Shown here piece by piece: positions 7,171-14,828 of a DNA stretch of 15,024 nt. The stretch covers positions 1-15,024 of the forward strand of contig JBMOFD010000047.1 in NCBI GenBank assembly GCA_049314435.1, given 5' to 3'. This stretch comes from Chlamydiia bacterium (GTDB lineage: Bacteria > Chlamydiota > Chlamydiia > Chlamydiales > JBMOFD01). The translations under genes were made by a program, and so were the position numbers. Every line of letters begins with the position of its first letter. Position 1 is the first letter of the stretch. The notes under the pieces were generated by a model, which saw only the letters and a program-made list of their open reading frames with translations, did not search any database and was not told the DNA's origin.

Positions 7171-9366
7171 ATGTCGCCCAGCGCAATCTTTACCTCACCA
7201 GGATCTAGTTCTGGGGCTATTTACAGCGCTGCGTCTGTGGGAGCAGCAGAGAAGAGCTGTCCGACTGCGGCCTGTTGCACAGCGGGCCTGGCGCTATTTG
7301 GCGCTTCTCTATTGCTGGGGACTGTATCTGTTCTGGCCTTCATGCAGGTGCTCCCCTTAGCCGTCGCTACGTTAGCGGTTCTCCAGTGGGGAGCTGGAGG
7401 AGGTGCGCTAGTCTGTGGCGCTCTGAGTCTCTGGTCAGTGATGCAGGGTGGTTCGCGCGGTCAGGGGTCTTCCCTACCTGCGGCTCAACAGGATTCAGCC
7501 GTTGAGCAGGTGGGGCAAGAGAGTTTAGACGTTCAGTCGGTGCCGCATGCAGAAAGCAAGGGATCATTTGGGTCTAACGCCGAGCTCCTGCAGCCAACCC
7601 AATCGGATGGAAGCTCTGTCGACAAGGAAGGCGGAGTGGCGGGGGAGGACGATGGCAGAGCTTCTTCATGCAAGAAGGTGGGGAGTTCGGTGCAATCGAA
7701 CGTAAGTTCTAGCGAAAGGGGATTGCAGAAGCTCTCTCCGGAAGAGCTTCTATTTGACTATTGGTGGAATAGCCAGGTGGGCACCACTCCTGAGACTACA
7801 GATGCAGAGCGGGTGAGCTCCTCATCGCCCAAATCATCTTCTGAGGAAGAAAGCCGTCTTCGGGATGGGTTTGCAAGGTGGATGCACGCACGGAGTCCAA
7901 TGGTGAAATTGAGCGTCACAGGGCTATTGAAGCATCTACTAGAGCGACAATGTTCATCCGATGCCGCTGGATCCTTGATCAGGGCAATGGCCGATTCCGC
8001 AAGTTCGGAAGCCGTTGTAGACGAGGTTATGGTTCGGGAGTCCTGTGCTGATATCGTCCGAGGCCTTGAGAGTCTGATTAGGTGGGGTGTTGTGACGCCA
8101 TCCACTTCGCCACGATCTGCGGATGGCTCAGCCTTGGAGCCAGGCCAGCAGGCGACGGAACGATCATCAAGCCCCGATGCTGGGATGCTCGAGGAGCAAG
8201 CCTTGCAAGGCTGGGTTGAGGACGTGTTGCACTGCATGCTGGCTACTGAGAGGGGATTGCCACATACGCGGCTCCAAGACAGGCCCCAACTGCAGAGCTC
8301 CTATCATGCGTCTGTTCGTGTCATATCTGGGTATGTGCAAGGGATACCTCGGCGATACCTCGGTGACTCTGACGGAGGGTCCTCTCAAGATGAGGTCGGT
8401 GTCGTTGAGATTTCATTGCGGGATGTAGAGACGCCAGAACGTAGTCACGACTATACGGCCTCACAGTCTCAGCAGCCTGGTTGTTCAACTGGCGAGAGTT
8501 TGGTCCAGGGATCTGAGCCCGAAGGTGATATGATGGGCTTCCTTGCGCACAAATTCAGCGCCACTCCTCAGATCTTACAAAAGGTCGTCCTCAGTGTGGC
8601 TCGTCACTGGATGGAAGTCAGCTCAGAAGGAGAGTCTCAACCGGCGCCTGATATGACGTCCGCATCGGGCAGTTCGGAGATGAGTGAGACTTCGGATGCT
8701 AGCTCTATGAGTGCTCTCTGTGCTGAGGGCCGGGTGAGTCCACCCGATGTCGTTGGACTCGATGACGGCCCGGCAACGGCCGTTAAAGCTCAGTTTGTGC
8801 TCCCTAATGGCACACGGAAGGAACTTTCCTCCGCCGGATCTAACGTGTGGTTTCCTGTACGACCGTTTTCCGCGGATTGGAAAATCGAGCCGGTCGAGAA
8901 GATCATGTGGGCGAGCGAGGCGACAGTATTGTACCAGGAGTTGCAGAGCGAGAATGACGAACCCAAGTCATTGGAGATCGAGCGATTCAGCAGCTGGTTG
9001 GGTCGACAGAGTGATACAACGAGGTCAATTGTAACAGCCTGTCTAGGCACCATGTTTTCGGCAGACAGACCTGAGGAGTGGGTGATCGTAGGCCTGTTGC
9101 TAATGCGTTCGATTCAAGCAGGGGCGCAAGAAAAGAGCCTTGGGCTGAGTGAAAGGAATCTGCATCTTACCTGTGAGCGACTGAGGACATTACCGCAGAG
9201 TGCCACAACGGACGACCTAATTGACTCTCTGCAAAGTCTTTGTCCCGATGACGTGCAACTATCCGACCTAATCCGTCTGCAAAGAAACGCGGGTACTGCG
9301 GCCCAAATCCTCGCGCAGCATGTGGTGGCCATAGCCGTGCAGCATTGCTTCACACGCATTGCTTAG
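7171..9366 (+). CDS. Putative inclusion-membrane (Inc-like) T3S effector, 731 aa, with a repeated helical domain and Ser-rich linkers
   Basis: Strong RBS. Ser/Pro/Gly-rich N-terminus with no Sec signal. Uncharged hydrophobic stretch at aa ~33-91 split by a Q-V-L-P turn (bilobed). Long hydrophilic C-terminal part. The ORF is solid; the Inc assignment is inferred from architecture and chlamydial context. Confidence 0.7.
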   Translation: MSPSAIFTSPGSSSGAIYSAASVGAAEKSCPTAACCTAGLALFGASLLLGTVSVLAFMQVLPLAVATLAVLQWGAGGGALVCGALSLWSVMQGGSRGQGSSLPAAQQDSAVEQVGQESLDVQSVPHAESKGSFGSNAELLQPTQSDGSSVDKEGGVAGEDDGRASSCKKVGSSVQSNVSSSERGLQKLSPEELLFDYWWNSQVGTTPETTDAERVSSSSPKSSSEEESRLRDGFARWMHARSPMVKLSVTGLLKHLLERQCSSDAAGSLIRAMADSASSEAVVDEVMVRESCADIVRGLESLIRWGVVTPSTSPRSADGSALEPGQQATERSSSPDAGMLEEQALQGWVEDVLHCMLATERGLPHTRLQDRPQLQSSYHASVRVISGYVQGIPRRYLGDSDGGSSQDEVGVVEISLRDVETPERSHDYTASQSQQPGCSTGESLVQGSEPEGDMMGFLAHKFSATPQILQKVVLSVARHWMEVSSEGESQPAPDMTSASGSSEMSETSDASSMSALCAEGRVSPPDVVGLDDGPATAVKAQFVLPNGTRKELSSAGSNVWFPVRPFSADWKIEPVEKIMWASEATVLYQELQSENDEPKSLEIERFSSWLGRQSDTTRSIVTACLGTMFSADRPEEWVIVGLLLMRSIQAGAQEKSLGLSERNLHLTCERLRTLPQSATTDDLIDSLQSLCPDDVQLSDLIRLQRNAGTAAQILAQHVVAIAVQHCFTRIA

Positions 9367-9376
9367 AACTCTATCA

Positions 9377-9417
9377 GCACTAGCCGCCAAACAAGCAGGG
9401 CGGCTAGTGCCTTCTTT
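9377..9417 (+). terminator. Rho-independent terminator
   Basis: Perfect 12-bp stem GCACTAGCCGCC (9377-9388) / GGCGGCTAGTGC (9399-9410), 10-nt loop, then CTTCTTT; begins 10 nt after the stop codon. Confidence 0.8.
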
Positions 9418-9538
9418 CAACATAGACCGTATTCCAGTCTTTTCGGCCCTCTCACGAAATGAGGGTCACCTTTTGTATAGATATCGTATTGTTGAAAAGC
9501 AAATCAATTACTAATACTAGATTATTAAATAATTAACG

Positions 9539-9567
9539 TTGACTTAATAAATAGTTTGTTACATAAT
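9539..9567 (+). promoter_or_regulatory. Putative sigma66/sigma70 promoter for the second Inc-like gene
   Basis: TTGACT-N17-CATAAT within a very AT-rich tract (~9470-9595), 38 nt upstream of the GTG at 9606. Confidence 0.7.
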
Positions 9568-9605
9568 CAAATACGGAATGATTTTAACTTAACTATGGGT
9601 CCAAC

Positions 9606-10484
9606 GTGGGTAATATATCTATTGGTGGTGGTCGCAGTCAGTGTTCTAACCTGGGTGGCCCCAATGAACCATCTGAGCCAATGCCCCCAGCCACTGCGGT
9701 CGAGCTGCTTCTCATGGCGATGGTGGCAGGTCTGGCATTTGCTGCTCTAACCATTTGTATCGGCTTGTTAGTGAGTGTGCCATTCGACATGGTGGCCATC
9801 GTTCCCACCCTGATTGGTTTGTCCGCGGCTGGTGTGGTGGTGGGCGTTCAGTTGGTGAAGGACAATTCAACTACGCCATCATCCAGTCACGATTCGGTAG
9901 TCCACGCTGCTGAGGCCCCAGCGCAATCGGCCGATCAGGCTTCAGGCATGGATGCAGCCCAGGTCGCTGCATCGAATCAAAGGGCTGCCCAGAAGTTTGA
10001 GCGAGTGCAGCGCGCCCGCGCTCTACACTGGGATCACTGTGCCGGCGGTCAGCTCAATTTCAGAAAGCGTCCAAAAGCGGACACGGTGGCGGAACGCTTC
10101 GTGCATTGGGGCTCGGATCAAAGCCCCCTATTCCAGGATCGCCTCCGCGGGATGACCCATCGATTGTTTGAGTTGGCGGACCAGCATCAGGCACTAGTCT
10201 CAGCAAAGCAAGATCAGACCTGCCTTGAACTCATCAGCATCATGATGGAAGCCACGGCGGAGCGCGGTAAGATCATGAATTACATGGCGATGAACGGCAC
10301 ATGCAAGGCCCTTCAGAATCTCTCCAAAGAGGCCACTCTCGCTGATCTGATCCAGGCTCTGCGGGGTGTGGATCCTGAAGATCAGGAGCTAAATAGGCTG
10401 GCAGAACAGCAGGATATCGCAGCTGACGTGATCGCCTGTCAGATGATGCAGCATCTTGTGCAGTTGTGGTTCAAAGCCGTCTAA
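9606..10484 (+). CDS. Putative Inc-like T3S effector, 292 aa, paralog of 7171..9366
   Basis: N-terminus MGNISIGGGRSQCSNLGGPNEPSEP is G/S/N/P-rich. Bilobed hydrophobic segment at aa ~34-84 split by P-F-D. C-terminal domain aligns with the C-terminus of the upstream ORF. Confidence 0.72.
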   Translation: MGNISIGGGRSQCSNLGGPNEPSEPMPPATAVELLLMAMVAGLAFAALTICIGLLVSVPFDMVAIVPTLIGLSAAGVVVGVQLVKDNSTTPSSSHDSVVHAAEAPAQSADQASGMDAAQVAASNQRAAQKFERVQRARALHWDHCAGGQLNFRKRPKADTVAERFVHWGSDQSPLFQDRLRGMTHRLFELADQHQALVSAKQDQTCLELISIMMEATAERGKIMNYMAMNGTCKALQNLSKEATLADLIQALRGVDPEDQELNRLAEQQDIAADVIACQMMQHLVQLWFKAV

Positions 10485-10494
10485 AGATTTCAGT

Positions 10495-10520
10495 CTGAGG
10501 GAGGCAACAGCCTCCCTCAG
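10495..10520. terminator. Hairpin between convergent genes, probable terminator
   Basis: Perfect 11-bp stem CTGAGGGAGGC / GCCTCCCTCAG with AACA loop, 10 nt after the stop at 10484. U-tracts are weak on both strands. Confidence 0.65.
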
Positions 10521-10570
10521 GTCATTTCAATACTTGGCGATAGGACTAGTCTCTGTCGTTCCCTAGTGAT

Positions 10571-11311
10571 CTACAACCACTCCAAGACTTGCCTCATCAC
10601 CTTGCGGTCAAACAGTAGTCCTACGTGACCAATGCCCGAAATCGTACAGTTTGTAGTGTGTGGGAGATAAGCCCCTGATGCGGGCAGAATGATCTGGTCA
10701 TGCGGCGTGCCGATGCAGCAGATTTGGGGGGCGGCGTCCGACGAGGCCCAGTCGCGGATCTCAGCAAGGACCGGACTATCGAGCGCTAATTCCAGAGGGG
10801 CCGATCCCGGGTATCCGACCTTCTTTCCCAAGACAGCCCAGCGTGTTCCCCACCAGGGTGTGCCCATCGTGATCAAGCGATCCACTTGGAACCCATGGGC
10901 TTGGGCCCAACGTGCACAAAAGAGGGCTGAGACCAGACCTCCCCTGGAGTGGGCGACGATCGTGAGGGGACAAGGCTCTACGGTTCCGGGCCTCTGACAG
11001 GCACCCTTCTTCTGGAGTTGCTCCACCATTCTTTGGGCATGTAGCTCAAGCGAGTTCTTGTGGTCGGTCCAGGAGGTCGCGATAGCTGGGCGGCCGGTCT
11101 GCGCATGCAGAAAGCGAGCCATGGGCCGGAAGCCGGCAGCAAGGGAGTGATGTCCGTGGACAAACAGGATGGGGGAGCCCTCGCCGGAGAGGTCTTTCCA
11201 AGGTTGGAGCGACTCACGAGCATAGCGCGTGATGGCAAGGCCTTCCGATAGACCTGCACTTGTCCATTGGCGGACGGTCAAAAGGCGTGAACGAAGAGTA
11301 TCGTGCGACAT
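10571..11311 (-). CDS. Alpha/beta-fold hydrolase (lipase/esterase-like)
   Basis: Oxyanion motif PILFVHG, nucleophile elbow IVAHSRGG, LITMGTPWWGT, candidate acid in HDQII and candidate His in GHVGLL. Confidence 0.88.
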   Translation of the reverse strand: MSHDTLRSRLLTVRQWTSAGLSEGLAITRYARESLQPWKDLSGEGSPILFVHGHHSLAAGFRPMARFLHAQTGRPAIATSWTDHKNSLELHAQRMVEQLQKKGACQRPGTVEPCPLTIVAHSRGGLVSALFCARWAQAHGFQVDRLITMGTPWWGTRWAVLGKKVGYPGSAPLELALDSPVLAEIRDWASSDAAPQICCIGTPHDQIILPASGAYLPHTTNCTISGIGHVGLLFDRKVMRQVLEWL

Positions 11312-11338
11312 ACCAGCAATTATAGCCGATCGCTGGTA
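11311..11338 (-). promoter_or_regulatory. Consensus -10 (TATAAT, 11324-11319) 7 nt upstream of the hydrolase ATG, enclosed by a 7-bp inverted repeat
   Basis: Minus strand reads TATAAT-tgctggt-ATG with no SD. TACCAGC (11311-11317) and GCTGGTA (11332-11338) flank the hexamer. Confidence 0.5.
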
Positions 11339-11344
11339 GGAGGA

Positions 11345-13324
11345 CTATTCTGGAGTGCTCGTGTCTGGACGGCTCAGGAAGGCGGGGGCCCCAGAGCGGC
11401 TAGCTTCCCATAGCCCGCAATCCAGCGGAGCCAGGGGAAGCTCCGATCCCAAGAGCGCAATCCAGCGCTCTCCCTCGGGAAGAGGCGGGAGCTGCAAGGT
11501 CAGCATGTCATGGCTTCGAGAAAAAGCCAGAAAGAACTGGCGAGCTTCGTGATGCAGAATGAAGGCCACGAGGGGAGCGTCAGGGGACCAGTCAGGCCCA
11601 TGCCCAGAAGGGCTTTGGAAAGTCACATCCTGCGATCCCAGGAACCGCTGAGAACGGAACTGTTCGCAGGATCGCCGCAAGGCAAGCAGCTCCTGGATCA
11701 GCGACATCTCGGGAGGAGGGATCAGATGTTCTCCCCAGGGCATGGCGTTGAGCTCATTGTCCTGGCACCAGGTATTGTTGTTCCCCCCTCGAGAGAACCC
11801 CACCTCATCTCCCATAAGGAGCATGGGGATCCCCTGTGCCGTGAGCAGCATGATGAGGAGTTTACGGCGCTGGCGATCTCTCAGCACCTTTACGTTTACA
11901 TCCTGGGTTGGCCCCTCAGTCCCGCAGTTCCAGGAGTCATTATGGGAGCAACCATCGCGGTCGTCTTCCCCGTTAGCCAGATTGTGCTTGTGGTTGTAGC
12001 TCACAAGGTCAGCTAGCGTGAAGCCATCATGGCAAGTGATGAAGTTGATCGACTGCTGAGGGCCTCCTAGTGGGTGGGGGCCTCGTCGGTCAAAGAGGTC
12101 CTGGGACCCACACAGGCGAGTCGCCAACAGCCCAGATTGATTACGATCGCCCTTCGCAAAGCGACGCACTACATCCCGGAACGAGCCGTTCCACTGCATC
12201 CAACGAGTGGAATAGGTTCCTCCGACTTGATAGGCCCCTGCAGCATCCCAAGGTTCGGCAATCAGAAGAGTGTTACGCAGTAGGGGATCTGTTTCCATTT
12301 CCTCGATGATCGGTGGATGGGGCAGTAATCCACCATGAGGGCCCCTCCACAAACAGGCTGTGAGGTCAAAACGGAAGCCATCCACGTGATAGGTGGCCAC
12401 CAGATGGCGCAGGCTGTCGAGGATCAGGCGCCGTGTGATGGGGTGATTGGCTCCCACCGTATTTCCACAGCCAGAATAGTTGGTTGGACCGCCGTCTGGA
12501 TCTCGCAGGTAGTAGGCTACAGGATCGAGCTGTCCCCAGGAACAGTTCGGCCATGCTGTGTGGTTGTACACCAGGTCTAAAATGACGAGGAGCCCACGTC
12601 GGTGGCACTCTCGAACCAGCGTCTGCAGCTCCACCATGGGTCCAGCGGGATCCTCACCAGAGGCTGCAAAACGGCGCATGGGTGCGAAGAAATTCTGATG
12701 AGAATACCCCCAGAACTGGCATAGCGGCTCTCCCGTATTGGGATTGTGGCGGTGGTACTCCAGTTCATCGAACTCCAATAGAGGCATCAGTTCAATCGCA
12801 TTGATGCCTAGATTCTTCAGGTGGTCCAGCCGTTCACAGAAGCCCGCATAGGTTCCAGGGGCATGATTCTTTGTGTCACTCATGGTGAAGGCCCGCACGT
12901 GGGCCTCATAGATCACGAGTTGATCACGCGGGATGACAGGTGCCGTGACCCCTTGCCAGTCGAACGTTTCTGGCGGGAGCAATACCCCCCTTGCAAAGCT
13001 CTCAGCAGCCTCGTTGCCAGGTGTTCTCCAGCGACGCCGACTGCCCAGTAGGGGTGCATAGGGATCCCCTACAAGAGCATCCGCACCATCTAGGCGATAG
13101 GCGTATTCAAGGGGTAGTTCAGCTGGTTCAAAGGCCACGTGCCAGATCGTGCCCGTCCGATGGACACTGGGATCGAGAAGGATGGTAATGAAGGGAGAAG
13201 CTTCTCCCCACTTGAATAGGAGGAGTTCAACTGTGTGGGCAAAAGGAGCATGGAGGGCGAGGTGCAGCTGCTTGCCGTGCCATCGGGGTCCGAAATAGGT
13301 GGGAATTCCCGCCTGAAAGCGCAT
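11345..13324 (-). CDS. glgX: Glycogen debranching enzyme / isoamylase GlgX (GH13)
   Basis: DPYA, VIYEAHVR.FT, LGINAIELMP, WGY...NFFAP, ILDLVYNHT, NYSGCGNT, catalytic VDGFRFDL, LIAEPWD, NFITCHDGFTL.DLVSYN.KHN.ANGE, GNNNTWCQDN. The ATG at 13324 has GAGG 7 nt upstream and is preferred over 13375. Confidence 0.97.
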   Translation of the reverse strand: MRFQAGIPTYFGPRWHGKQLHLALHAPFAHTVELLLFKWGEASPFITILLDPSVHRTGTIWHVAFEPAELPLEYAYRLDGADALVGDPYAPLLGSRRRWRTPGNEAAESFARGVLLPPETFDWQGVTAPVIPRDQLVIYEAHVRAFTMSDTKNHAPGTYAGFCERLDHLKNLGINAIELMPLLEFDELEYHRHNPNTGEPLCQFWGYSHQNFFAPMRRFAASGEDPAGPMVELQTLVRECHRRGLLVILDLVYNHTAWPNCSWGQLDPVAYYLRDPDGGPTNYSGCGNTVGANHPITRRLILDSLRHLVATYHVDGFRFDLTACLWRGPHGGLLPHPPIIEEMETDPLLRNTLLIAEPWDAAGAYQVGGTYSTRWMQWNGSFRDVVRRFAKGDRNQSGLLATRLCGSQDLFDRRGPHPLGGPQQSINFITCHDGFTLADLVSYNHKHNLANGEDDRDGCSHNDSWNCGTEGPTQDVNVKVLRDRQRRKLLIMLLTAQGIPMLLMGDEVGFSRGGNNNTWCQDNELNAMPWGEHLIPPPEMSLIQELLALRRSCEQFRSQRFLGSQDVTFQSPSGHGPDWSPDAPLVAFILHHEARQFFLAFSRSHDMLTLQLPPLPEGERWIALLGSELPLAPLDCGLWEASRSGAPAFLSRPDTSTPE

Positions 13325-13434
13325 GGCAAAGCCTCTTTGCAGAAGGAGAAGCTCCCTCGAGACTGAGGACCGCATGGTCGGAGTTTGTTCTTCCGACTCA
13401 AGGCAGTCCCAGACAAGTGGGCGCTTCTCGGTGG

Positions 13435-13956
13435 CTAGATCTTCATGTAACGATCAGTACGGCCTTGAGTCCCGCCTTTCTGCGCAGGACGATCGGCGCC
13501 ACCCTTCTTCTCATCTGTATCACTGGGGGCGCTTGGCATGCGACCTTCCATGAGCTCGCGGACCCACTTGCGCCACTTCTCTACGGTTTCCACGAAGAGA
13601 GGAGCAAAGCCACGCAGGGCAAAGGGCAGAGCATGCTGCATGTCCAGCCAGCTGTGCATAAGGATCAGCTCTTCTTTGGGAGCTACACCTACACCGCCAC
13701 CGGCCATTTGGTGACCCAGCATCGCGCCTTCCAATAGACCTTCGTACAGCTTCAGCTTTGTCGCGTCATCCTTAGGAAGTCCATCCAGGATGGGGGAGTA
13801 GAGAAACAGACGATCGGAATTGGGCTCGTAGGTGAGATGAAGAGAAAACTCATCATCGATCCCAAGGATGCAAGTATTGTTGTCATCGAAACGAAGCTCT
13901 AACCCCAGTTCTTTGGCGAATTCTTTCAAATTCTCCTTGGCATTCTCGAGAGACAT
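13435..13956 (-). CDS. slc1: CesT-family type III secretion effector chaperone Slc1 (CT043 ortholog)
   Basis: NAKENLKEFAKEL, FDDNNTCIL.ID.EFSLHLTYE..SDRL..Y.P.LDGLP, LYE.LLEG.MLG.QMAGGGVGVA.KE.LILMH and LF.ETV.KWR closely match chlamydial CT043 as I recall it. AGGAGG RBS. Adjacent to glgX, as CT042/CT043 are. Confidence 0.93.
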   Translation of the reverse strand: MSLENAKENLKEFAKELGLELRFDDNNTCILGIDDEFSLHLTYEPNSDRLFLYSPILDGLPKDDATKLKLYEGLLEGAMLGHQMAGGGVGVAPKEELILMHSWLDMQHALPFALRGFAPLFVETVEKWRKWVRELMEGRMPSAPSDTDEKKGGADRPAQKGGTQGRTDRYMKI

Positions 13957-14057
13957 TGCTTCCTCCTAAAGTTTTCCTACTTATCCCAGACAATACGATT
14001 AAACACTAGTGTCGAGGACCACGTAGAACTCCTCTTACACAAGAAGGCTTTTTATAG

Positions 14058-14184
14058 GGCAGACCTTTCATCGAGAACTGCCATCCAATAAGCCTTGGTA
14101 GAGGGGTCATGGTCGCCCTACTGCGTAACCATGCCCCCTCCTAGACGGATGAAACGGCACACAATGCAGTGGGATCGTGATCCC
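14058..14184. other. Cluster of nested inverted repeats; candidate structured RNA or slc1 leader
   Basis: GAGGGGTCATGGT (14101-14113) / ACCATGCCCCCTC (14128-14140) pair at 12 of 13 positions, enclosed by TTTCATC (14066-14072) / GATGAAA (14148-14154). GGGATC-GT-GATCCC lies at 14171-14184. No RNA family recognised. Confidence 0.35.
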
Positions 14185-14488
14185 TAACTCAACTGTTTAT
14201 GCGGAGCCCGCTCAGCATCATCCAAGGGAAGACACACAATGGCGAAACCCTGGGAAGATGCCATAGTGAGATGGCTGCAGAGCTCCTCTAGGTCCGACAA
14301 AAGATCCAACAAGGAGGTGGTCTGCAAGCCATCGTCAAGCGACAACCCTAGGCCATTTTGTACCAAGATGTTCTTTGCGGTCCATATAAATCCGAGCCGT
14401 GCAGATGGCAAGCGGATTCTAGATGGGAGGCCCTACGTATGATCGTGAGCATTGACAGTTCGTTTAGGCAGATTGTCAGCGGGCTGGC

Positions 14489-14821
14489 TTAGCTTCCGTC
14501 GAGGCAGAGCTGTTCTAGAGTGGGGAGAAGTGGGGTGAGGGGAGTTTGAATCACAAAACTTTTATCGCGTTGAGCAGGACCTCGGATCAGTTGGACCGAA
14601 CTAGGGGCAACCCCCAGAGCCTTGGCGATGAGTCGTGCTACCGCCAGGTTGGCTTGTCCATCGCATGGAGCAGCGTGGACAGAGACCTTCAGGCGCGACA
14701 GCCCCTGTCCATCGTCAATCACACCATGAAAGCCCTCATGACGACTCTTAGGTTGCACGCGCACGTGTAGGACCACCGTGTCGCCGTGAGCATGAAAGGG
14801 ATGCATGTCTTTGAATAGCAT
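14489..14821 (-). CDS. yggU: DUF167 / YggU (UPF0235) family protein
   Basis: LHVRVQPKS, LKVSVHAAPCDGQAN, IAKALGVAPSSVQLIRG...RDK. Start placed at ATG 14821 (alternative 14806); the extension to 14905 would run over the promoters. Confidence 0.9.
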   Translation of the reverse strand: MLFKDMHPFHAHGDTVVLHVRVQPKSRHEGFHGVIDDGQGLSRLKVSVHAAPCDGQANLAVARLIAKALGVAPSSVQLIRGPAQRDKSFVIQTPLTPLLPTLEQLCLDGS

Positions 14822-14828
14822 ATGACCT

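Noticed and set aside
9377..13397. AACA-containing loops in three hairpins (9377-9410, 10495-10520, and 13377-13397 on the minus strand)
   Set aside because: Stems are unrelated and a 4-nt motif recurs easily by chance, so there is no support for a repeat family.
329..13737. Many 60-170 aa ORFs antisense to or in alternate frames of menD, nifS, PP2C, serpin, the Inc-like genes, glgX and slc1
   Set aside because: Expected shadow ORFs in GC-rich coding DNA; Arg/Ser/Pro-rich with no motifs, and overlapping well-supported genes.
14064..14156. Resemblance to a SAM-I riboswitch (TTCATCGAGA ... GATGAAA closing stem) or a hammerhead ribozyme (GATGAAAC)
   Set aside because: The SAM-I core (GCAACC, GGTGC-AA-TCC) and the hammerhead CTGATGA core are absent, and the SAM-like orientation points away from slc1.
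14184..14442. Overlapping short ORFs 14239..14442(+) and 14184..14411(-) in the slc1-DUF167 gap
   Set aside because: No recognisable motif, they overlap each other on opposite strands, and start signals are weak. One could be a real small protein, but the sequence alone cannot support either.
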